Source: a virus
Virus record (IMG/VR): IMGVR_UViG_3300012582_000002
Location: 1 to 45,420 of that record
Length of the DNA: 45,420 nt
Direction: 5' to 3' (one strand)
Shown here one piece after another: positions 20,572 through 29,100 of the stretch; within the stretch, counting starts at the first letter, position 1; every line of letters starts with the position of its first letter. The notes beneath the pieces are model-generated. The model did no database searches and had not been told where the DNA came from. It worked only from the letters and a program-made list of their open reading frames with translations. The position numbers were made by a program, and so were the translations under genes.

Positions 20572-22521
20572 GTGGCCACTGTCTACCTGGACGACGACGG
20601 GAACGTTGTCGAAGCCAAGAAGATCCAGCGTAAGCGGGGTCGGAAGGCCAACCGAACGGTGCAGGAGAAGAAGGACACCATCCTGAGGTACATGAAGGAT
20701 GGTATCTCGGTGGCTGAGGCTTGCAGGGATCTGGACATCACCAAGCAGACCGTTCAGTACTACAAGACGTCGGACAAGAGCTTCCGCGTCGTGTATGAGC
20801 GGTACCGTCTGATGAGGACCGCCGGTGCTCTGGCTGCTACCACAGAGGTTCCCGACTTCCCCGAGTTCTGCATGGAGTACTTGGACACCCAGTTGTTCAA
20901 CCATCAGCTTCAGTGGTATGACGTCCTGGAGGGACGTCCTCCTCGCAACCTCCACGAGGTACAGGTGTTCCACCAGGGTGACCCTGGCATGATCATAGTG
21001 AACACCCCTCCGGAGCATGCGAAGTCCACCACTATCACGGTGAACTACACCACGTGGAGGATCTGTCAGGATCCGAACGTGCGTATCATCATCGTCTCTC
21101 AGACTCAGGAGATGGCCAAGCGGTTCCTCAGGGCGATCAAAGACAGGTTGGCTGGAGCCAACCCTTCCTACAAGAAGCTGCAAGCAGACTTCGCCCCCGA
21201 CGGTGGCTTCGATGCGAACTCCGCGTCGTGGACTGCTGACTCTATCTATGTGAACGCGGAAGCCCGAGACTCCGGCGAGGCGACGCCTACCGTGCAGGCT
21301 CTGGGTATGAACGGTCAGATCTACGGTAACCGTGCTGACCTCATCATCCTCGACGATACCGTGACAGGAAAGAACGCTCATGAGTTCGAGAAGCAGATCG
21401 ACTGGATCCAGCGAGAGGTCATCAACCGACTCACCTATCCAGGAGGAACTCTCCTACTGGTCGGTACGCGGCTTGCTCCGGTTGAGCTATATTCTGAGAT
21501 TCAGAAGCCCGAATGGTACGGGCAGGATGAGCAGTCACCTTGGACCTACCTCACGCAGCCTGCTGTACTTGAGTTTGCCGAGTCTCCAGACGACTGGACT
21601 GTTCTCGCACCCGTCACCAACCGGCCACCAGTTTCGCTTGGAACAAGAAAGCTGGTGGAAGCAAGGCCGGACGGACTCTACCCCTGGCACTCAGGCAAGG
21701 CGCTCGCCCGAAGGCGAGCGACCTCCAGTCCGCAGAACTGGAAGATGGTCTACCAGCAGGAGCAGGTCGTAGAGGATGCTATATTTCCCTCAAACAAAGT
21801 GGCCGCAAGTATCGACGGCATGCGAGCAGCCGGGCTCATGTCCTCAGGGGCACCCGGTCACCGTCCACACGGAATGGACGGCCTCTATGTCGTGGGTGGG
21901 TTCGACCCTGCCATCACTGGCCATGCAGCCGCCCTCGTCCTTGGCGTGGATCGTATGTCCGGAATGCGATATGTTCTGGACGTCTGGACCGCTCCAAATC
22001 AGAAGCCAGACGACCTCTTCAACAAGCTGAAAGACTGGACCGTCAAGTACCACATGCACGAGTGGGTCATCGAGAAGAACGCGATGAACCTGATGGTCAC
22101 CCAGAACCGCGACCTCCGCAACTTCCTTGGCTCTAGAGGTACCGTGCTCAAAGAGCACTTCACCGGAGCCAACAAGAACGACATCGACTTCGGCGTTGCC
22201 TCTATGGCGATGCTCTTCGATGGTGCGCTGGAGGACCGGGGCCTCATCAGGCTTCCCTCTCGTGCGCAGAACGAGGGCATCAAAGCCCTCGTCGAACAGC
22301 TCGTCACATGGTTTCCCCAGTCCAAGGCCAAGCAGGACACGGTCATGGCGCTGTGGTTTGCAGAGACTAGAGCACGTGAACTCGTGAACGACATCGAGTC
22401 CGTGTTCCACCTTAGCAACGAGTACCAGTCCCCTCGGGACAAAGAGAAGCAGACGACGATCGACCTCGACTATCTGAGCCAGACCTCGATGTATGGCGGC
22501 TCAGGAGAATGGTGGAACTAA
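20572..22521 (+). CDS. Terminase large subunit with N-terminal HTH domain
   Basis: GTG with GGAGG RBS. HTH-like ILRYMKDGISVAEACRDLDITKQTVQYYK, ATPase PEHAKST (Walker A-like) and ADLIILDD (Walker B), nuclease-domain VVGGFDPA. Confidence 0.8.
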   Translation: MATVYLDDDGNVVEAKKIQRKRGRKANRTVQEKKDTILRYMKDGISVAEACRDLDITKQTVQYYKTSDKSFRVVYERYRLMRTAGALAATTEVPDFPEFCMEYLDTQLFNHQLQWYDVLEGRPPRNLHEVQVFHQGDPGMIIVNTPPEHAKSTTITVNYTTWRICQDPNVRIIIVSQTQEMAKRFLRAIKDRLAGANPSYKKLQADFAPDGGFDANSASWTADSIYVNAEARDSGEATPTVQALGMNGQIYGNRADLIILDDTVTGKNAHEFEKQIDWIQREVINRLTYPGGTLLLVGTRLAPVELYSEIQKPEWYGQDEQSPWTYLTQPAVLEFAESPDDWTVLAPVTNRPPVSLGTRKLVEARPDGLYPWHSGKALARRRATSSPQNWKMVYQQEQVVEDAIFPSNKVAASIDGMRAAGLMSSGAPGHRPHGMDGLYVVGGFDPAITGHAAALVLGVDRMSGMRYVLDVWTAPNQKPDDLFNKLKDWTVKYHMHEWVIEKNAMNLMVTQNRDLRNFLGSRGTVLKEHFTGANKNDIDFGVASMAMLFDGALEDRGLIRLPSRAQNEGIKALVEQLVTWFPQSKAKQDTVMALWFAETRARELVNDIESVFHLSNEYQSPRDKEKQTTIDLDYLSQTSMYGGSGEWWN

Positions 22522-23318
22522 TGGCTAAATTCTCGGGTGCCGTATGGCACTCCGTCCGTAACTACACCAAGGGAGGTCAGGATCAGGTTCTCGGCGTTGT
22601 TGTGCACATCATGGACGGGACCCTAGAGGGGTCCCAGTCGTGGTTCAACAACCCGGCAGCCAACGCGTCTTCTCACTTTGGTACAGGAAAGGATGGTCAG
22701 CTTCGACAGTGGGTTGATACCGCAGACCGCGCTTGGGCGCAGGCTGCTGGTAACCGCACCTATCTCTCGGTCGAGAACGAAGGCCGAGGCGGAGACTCGC
22801 TGACCAAGGCGCAGATCACTGCGAACGCTAAGGTCCTCGCGTGGGCGCACACCAAGTACGGTGTGCCGCTTGTGCTCGCTAACAAGGTTGGCGATAAGGG
22901 TCTTGCTTACCATGCTCTTGGTGGTGCGGCGTGGGGCGGGCATACCTCCTGTCCTGGTTCGCACGTGGTGGCTCAGCTCCCGCTGATCGTGGCGGAGGCG
23001 AAGGCTATCCTTCAGATCAAGGACACTCCAGCTAAGCCTACCGTCCCCGCCCCGAAGCCTATCCCGCATTACGCGCCCTTCCCGGGCGACAAGTACTTCT
23101 TCTACGGCCGCACCTCGAAGCTGGTAACCGAGGTCGGCAAGGCTCTTGTCCGGGCTGGCTACAAGGGTTACAAGGTTGGGCCTGGCCCGATCTTCGGTCC
23201 CGGCGACCGCAAGGGCGTCGCCTGGTTCCAGCGTCAGCATGCTGAACTTGCTGGTGCAGCCGACGGGCATTTCGGTCCCAAGACGTGGGCGCTACTCAAG
23301 GTAGCGCCTCCGAAGTGA
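22521..23318 (+). CDS. N-acetylmuramoyl-L-alanine amidase (PGRP/Amidase_2-like) with C-terminal PG-binding domain; endolysin
   Basis: VVVHIMDGTLEGSQSWFNN...SSHF...YLSVENEG amidase core. C-terminal GVAWFQRQHAELAGAADGHFGPKTWALL. TAATG overlap with the terminase stop. Confidence 0.75.
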   Translation: MAKFSGAVWHSVRNYTKGGQDQVLGVVVHIMDGTLEGSQSWFNNPAANASSHFGTGKDGQLRQWVDTADRAWAQAAGNRTYLSVENEGRGGDSLTKAQITANAKVLAWAHTKYGVPLVLANKVGDKGLAYHALGGAAWGGHTSCPGSHVVAQLPLIVAEAKAILQIKDTPAKPTVPAPKPIPHYAPFPGDKYFFYGRTSKLVTEVGKALVRAGYKGYKVGPGPIFGPGDRKGVAWFQRQHAELAGAADGHFGPKTWALLKVAPPK

Positions 23319-23332
23319 TCTAAGGAGGTAAC

Positions 23333-25153
23333 ATGGCGTCGCTCGAAAGCATCTATAGCCGCGTCGAAGCACTACGCCGTGCAGCCTCGGATCGTGACCA
23401 GAGGCACCGAGACGTCCACGACGTCCGGTCAGGTGACATCGATACCGTCATCCCGGGCTCTATGCCCGAAGCCTGGCCGAAGCCGATCGTTGCAAACCTG
23501 ATCGACACAAGCGCTCGTGACCTTGCTGAGGTTATGGGCACCATGCCTTCTGTGAACAGTACCACCGGAATCCTGACGACCGACAAGGCTCGGAAGTTCG
23601 GTGGCAAGAAGACCAAGATTGCGAACTACTACCTTCAGTCGTCCGGCCTTACGGCCGGACAGCAGGTGGAACTCGCAGACCACTACACCACCTACGGTAT
23701 GGCGATCTACGTCATCGAGCCGGACTTCGAGGAGAAGCGTCCTCACATCCGGGTTGAGAATCCTATGGGCGTGTATCCGGAGACCGATATGTTCGGCCGC
23801 CTCAAGAGCTACTCCAAGGTGTGGCGCGAAGAGGCTATCCACCTGGTCTCCAAGTTCCCCTTCCTCCTCCGCGTTCTACAGCACAACGCTGTAGGCCAGG
23901 AGGACATGGGTTGGGCTGAGCGTGAGATCGAAGTCGTCAAGTATGTAGATGCCGACACGATCGTGCTCTACCTTCCGAACCACGGCAACCGCCTGGTCGA
24001 CCAGATGCCTAACCCTATGGGTAAGGTGTTCGTGGCGATAGGCAACCGGCCCGGCTTCGATAACGAGACTCGCGGCGCCTACGATGACGCTATCTGGGTC
24101 CAGCTCGCTAAGGCTCGCATGGCCCTCCTGGGTCTTGAGGCTACAGAGAAGACGGTGCGTGCTCCTCTCGCGGTTCCCCGCGATGTGCAGAAGATGACGT
24201 TCGGCGACGACGCCGTTATCCGCACAGACAGCCCCGACAAGATCCGTCGCGTTGGCATCGACGTACCGCAAGCCGCATTCCAAGAGGGGCAGGTTCTAGA
24301 GCAGGAGCTGCGTACAGGCACGAGAAGCCCTGAGGTACGCTCCGGCAACCTGGATGCCTCTATCATCACCGGCAAGGGCGTACAGGCCCTTATGGGTGGC
24401 TTCAACACGGTCGTGACCACAGGCCAGACCGTGATCGGTGAGACTCTCAGGCACGCTATCATGCTGGCCTACGAGATGGACGAGAAGCTCTGGCCTACAG
24501 AAAAGAAGACGATCCGTGGAACTGCCCAGGGAACACCATTCGAAGAGTCCTATATACCGGGTAAGGACATCGCCGGTAACTACACGGTGGATGTCACCTA
24601 CGGGTTCGCTGCTGGTCAAGATCCCGCCAGAGCAATCGTGGGTCTGCTCCAACTGCGGGGCGACCAGCTCATCTCTAGAGACTTTTTCCAGCGTCAGTTG
24701 CCCATGGGAATCGACGTAGTCCAGATGCAGACGCAGATCGACAACGAACAGTTCACCGACGCACTCAAGCAAGGGATGATGGCTTACGCTCAGGCCATCC
24801 CCCAGATGGCCCTACAGGGCCAGACTGATCCCGTAGACGCTCTCTCCAAGATAGCCAAGCTGATCGAACTCAGGGAGAAGGGAGAGCCTGTACACGATGC
24901 GGTTCTCAAGATCTTCACCCCGAAGGAAGCGCCTGCGGGTGCGGAACAGAATCCGCTTGCTGCTGCTATGGGTCAGGGTGGCCCGGGACCTCAGGGTGCT
25001 GGACCAGGCGGACCACCCGGCGGCCCTCCTGGAGGCGGTGGACCGAATGCGCAAGTAGGCGGTATGGACATGCAGCGCCTGCTTGCTGGACTTACGTCCA
25101 GCGGACAGGCTACAGCCTCGGTCCAGACCAGACGACAAAGCCCGATAGCTTAA
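23333..25153 (+). CDS. Portal protein
   Basis: 606 aa, next to the terminase/lysin genes, AAGGAGG RBS, Gly/Pro-rich C-terminal tail. Assignment by size and position. Confidence 0.6.
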   Translation: MASLESIYSRVEALRRAASDRDQRHRDVHDVRSGDIDTVIPGSMPEAWPKPIVANLIDTSARDLAEVMGTMPSVNSTTGILTTDKARKFGGKKTKIANYYLQSSGLTAGQQVELADHYTTYGMAIYVIEPDFEEKRPHIRVENPMGVYPETDMFGRLKSYSKVWREEAIHLVSKFPFLLRVLQHNAVGQEDMGWAEREIEVVKYVDADTIVLYLPNHGNRLVDQMPNPMGKVFVAIGNRPGFDNETRGAYDDAIWVQLAKARMALLGLEATEKTVRAPLAVPRDVQKMTFGDDAVIRTDSPDKIRRVGIDVPQAAFQEGQVLEQELRTGTRSPEVRSGNLDASIITGKGVQALMGGFNTVVTTGQTVIGETLRHAIMLAYEMDEKLWPTEKKTIRGTAQGTPFEESYIPGKDIAGNYTVDVTYGFAAGQDPARAIVGLLQLRGDQLISRDFFQRQLPMGIDVVQMQTQIDNEQFTDALKQGMMAYAQAIPQMALQGQTDPVDALSKIAKLIELREKGEPVHDAVLKIFTPKEAPAGAEQNPLAAAMGQGGPGPQGAGPGGPPGGPPGGGGPNAQVGGMDMQRLLAGLTSSGQATASVQTRRQSPIA

Positions 25154-25161
25154 GAGGTGAC

Positions 25162-25368
25162 ATGGACGCTAACGTAGGGTGGGGCGTTGTGTTCGCGGCT
25201 GGTGCCGCATACGAGACGTACGGGATCTTCAACAAGAAGTCCGGAGACACGTTGTCTGAAAGATTCCGTGCTTGGTTCCACACCAACACAAAGACAGGCA
25301 AGGCGGTCTTCACCGTATCTTGGCTCGCCTTCTCCGCCTGGTTTCTCATTCACATCATAGGAGGATAG
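25162..25368 (+). CDS. Two-helix membrane protein (68 aa)
   Basis: Tracked ORF. WGVVFAAGAAY and VFTVSWLAFSAWFLIHIIGG hydrophobic segments. Confidence 0.6.
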   Translation: MDANVGWGVVFAAGAAYETYGIFNKKSGDTLSERFRAWFHTNTKTGKAVFTVSWLAFSAWFLIHIIGG

Positions 25369-25680
25369 ATGACCGTCTCTGGTAGCACTTCATACCACCA
25401 GGTCAACTCGTCCAGCGGGCATGAAGGCGACCTCAATGGCGCACTCTTCGCTGGAGACCACAGCCCCGAGGGAGTCTTCAATTCCCTCAAGGGCAGCGCG
25501 CTCACTCCCCCGGAGCTGAGCTTCACCGTTCAGGATGTCAACTACAACGATGGCCGTGTTGATTCTCAGCACGAGGTCGTCGGTTCTGGTGAGGCCTGGA
25601 TCGGTCACGGTCCGGTTGAGTCTGGCACGTTCGACCCGCAGCAGGTTGTTCGGGGCACCGACAAGCACATGCCGAAGTAA
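25369..25680 (+). CDS. Hypothetical virion-region protein (103 aa)
   Basis: Tracked ORF, abuts the upstream stop. Confidence 0.55.
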   Translation: MTVSGSTSYHQVNSSSGHEGDLNGALFAGDHSPEGVFNSLKGSALTPPELSFTVQDVNYNDGRVDSQHEVVGSGEAWIGHGPVESGTFDPQQVVRGTDKHMPK

Positions 25681-25695
25681 GGTTGAGGAGGCTCC

Positions 25696-26112
25696 ATGAC
25701 GACTCCAAGCGGTCCGGGTAAGTTCTCTGCGAGGACCGACAAGGCTGTAGGAGAGGCGAACCGGAGCCTCCCCAATGCTGACTACGGTGAGCAGGCTACG
25801 TACCAGGCAGACCAGCAGGGCATGCAGTCGCAGGCGCCTAGCTCGCCTGCTCCCGACTTCAGCTCTATGTTCGGTGCGCCCGGCAACAACGTAACCGGTC
25901 TTGGTGCAGACACCACGATGCCGGATACTCCGGTAACCGATGGTGCTGCTAGCGGTGCTGGAGCAGGGCCTGAGGCCCTGTCCTCTACGCAGCCCAATGA
26001 CCAGATCAGCAAGATGAAGGCTTACCTCCCCGCCCTTGAGTACATGGCGGACAACGGTAACTCTGACGCTGCCCGCAACCTTGTGAGGCAGATTCAAGCT
26101 ATGACTATGTGA
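25696..26112 (+). CDS. Hypothetical virion-region protein (138 aa), low-complexity centre
   Basis: Tracked ORF, GAGGAGG RBS. Confidence 0.55.
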   Translation: MTTPSGPGKFSARTDKAVGEANRSLPNADYGEQATYQADQQGMQSQAPSSPAPDFSSMFGAPGNNVTGLGADTTMPDTPVTDGAASGAGAGPEALSSTQPNDQISKMKAYLPALEYMADNGNSDAARNLVRQIQAMTM

Positions 26113-26120
26113 GGTGACTG

Positions 26121-29100
26121 ATGAGCAAGTGGTGGGACACCAACATGGCGGATGCGGGACAGGCTCTCTACTCTGACCCCAACCTCGCAGTGACCGCTGC
26201 TACGGTTCCTCAGAACCTCACCTCATCGCAGACTCAGTACAAGACTGACGCAGACTACGCCCGTTCCGACAAGGGTGGCTTCATGGGAGCCGTTGCGGGC
26301 GTCTTGGGTACCGCCGACTCCTGGCTGTCGAACATCCCTGGTTGGGGCATCGCCAAGCAGTCGGTCTCGTACCCTATCGACAAGGCCGCTACCGGCATGC
26401 GGTGGGCATACTCCAACGTGATCTCGCAGCCTATCTCTACCCTGCTCCTCCAGTCTGCCCGGTATGACATCAACGGCGACCTGTCGGGGTGGGGAGAGTC
26501 GTGGCACCAGGCTGAGCACATCTCGCCTGGCCAGGCGTTCATGAACTACGAGAACACCGCAGAGGCGAGCGGTCAAGGGACCGCTCTCTCAAGCGTGTGG
26601 GGTGATGCGGGCCAGAACCTTTCTCCTCACGAGAAGGCCATGGTCAAGCAGAACGTCAACCGCTTCATCTACGACAAGAACTATTGGCAGGACAAGAGTA
26701 GCTGGAAGTACAACGTCGGCTCTGGTTCGCTGGACTTCATGTTCAACGTGATCGACCCGGCTACCGGGGCTATCGTCGGTGGTACCGCCAAGACGGTTAA
26801 GGCCGCTCGTTCTGTCCAGCTTGTTGCTCAGGATGCCAAGTACGCTGCCGCCGTTCCTGGTGCAGCAGGTGTGGCCCGCACACGCGGGCCTATCATCGAC
26901 CTGGTGGCTAAGCAGCAGACGCCTGAGCAGGTTGCCAACACGCCTTCTATGCAGAAGGCTTTCGACTGGATGAAGCAGGATGGGCGGACGACCGAGGAGA
27001 TTGCCAACCACCCCATGTGGGGTCGAGGTCGTCGTATCAACCCGGCTCGCTATGACATCGCCAAGCTGGCCAAGGATACTCCTCGTGACAACATGGAGCA
27101 GCTCTGGAGGTTCACCGCCGGTGACTCCAATGCAGCCTCAGACCTGGCTAAGACCGCGCCTGACGTCCTGAAGAAGGTCGGACAGGCTATGGACAACCGA
27201 GTGCTCCTTGAGGGCACACGGATGAACCTGTCCATGATCTCTCACTTCAAGGCCAACTACGAGGCTGACGCTGCCGCTGGAGAGCTTGCTGGCAAGACGC
27301 CCGGTACTACTGCGGCTCCTACGCATGATGCCAACCTGCTTCTCGAACCTCCGTATCCGAGGCCTGCGACTCCGGGCCCTCGGCAGGATGGGTGGGACAA
27401 GACGTGGGGCAAGCTGGCTCAGCAGTCTGCTATCAACCGCACTGCTGCTGCCGACATCCATGCCGCTACCCCGCTACACATGACCAACCCTGCTGAGCAG
27501 ACCACTCTCGCTGACGGCCTGAAGGCCGAGCAGTGGAAGGTTGGGAAGCTTCAGACGCTGGACTCCGACTACGATGAGCTGATCAACAACGAGAAGTACC
27601 TCGGCTCGGTGCTGGGTCAGATGGACAACTGGACTCCCGCTGCATCACCTCTGTTCGGTGCGGTCAACAAGGCGTACCGGATGGGTGCTCTTGGTCTGCG
27701 CAACACGGAGAGCGCCGCAGAGCGCGCTACCATCCTGAGCGCTGGCAAGAAGGCCAAGCCTCAGGGCAGCAACTTCCTGATGACCACGGTCAAGCGTGGC
27801 ATGGGTGCACCGATGACTATCGTCCACAACTTCGGAGACCGAACCCCGCAAGGGTTCGTCGACCACAACGCCGATGACGCCCGTGATCGGGTGTTCGACA
27901 TGCTCAAGCAGGTTAAGGGGATGAACCCTGAAGACCGTCTTGGGCTGATCGAGATCTACAACTCGGGCAGCAACAAGGTCGAACGCTCTCAGGCTCTGGA
28001 CAGGATCCATGATGCGGTGATGAACCACATCCTGGTGAACGAGAACAAGCTGCACCCCGACATCGCTGACGTCTTGAAGGGCGCCATCAAGGATGGCATC
28101 TCCTCTAAGATTCAGGAGCTGACGGGTAAGGCTCCCCTTGGGGGAGCCCAGCGCTTCGGCCCTGCCGCTACATCACCTGACGACATCGCCAAGCTGACGG
28201 GTCAGTCGGTGGACAATCTGGCAGAGAACGCGACACCCGTCCGATCCGACAGGGTGATCAGTCAAGAGGATGGTCACGGCCTGGTGATCTCACCTATGGC
28301 TCAGACGCAGCTCTCTTCGAACGATATCCTCTTCCCCGTTCAGGAGATCAACCGTCTGGTCAAGCGCTCCTCGGGATCCTTCCAGGGATTCCGTGGTGGC
28401 ACCGGTGAGGCGAAGGACTGGGTCGTCAAGCGCATGGATGGGTTCGACAACCTGTGGAAGGCTGCTACGCTCCTGCGTCCCGGCTTCATTCCCCGCATGG
28501 TGTCTGACGAAGTCCTGGCCCGGATGTTCAAGTTCGGTGGCATGGCTACCCTGCTGGACACCGGCAAGGGCATGGGTCACTTTCTGTCCAACAGATCTCG
28601 CCAGGTTGGTGCGATCGTCGGTAAGGGATCCTACGTCCCATCCACCGGCAAGGGCATCGCTTCCAACCGAGCCATCGTCTCTCTGGACGACCCTGGTTTG
28701 ATCGCCAAGGCTGAAGCCCGAGGGCTGAAGACATCTCGCATCCAGGTACCTCCGACTCTTCGCATGGCCTACGGTCGTATCACCGACGAGAAGGCTGCGC
28801 AGGCTGAGACTCAGGCCGAGCTTGCCTCTGCACTCAAGAAGGAAGATGCTGACCCTGGCTACATAGCCGCCCTTAGGGGGCGGCTGGATGACCATCAGAA
28901 CGTGGTAGACGAATACCACGACTACGTTGGTGAGATCCTCCGCAAGGCGGAGGTCTCCAAGGGTGTGCGTCTCGGCGATGGTGACTTCAAGTACAAGATC
29001 GGAGCTACCACCTACAGGGTTCCTCAGGCGTTCAGCGCCGAGTGGGAGAACCCGGTGCCTCGCGATCAGATCAGCTCTGAGAACGCCTGGAAGAATCTCT

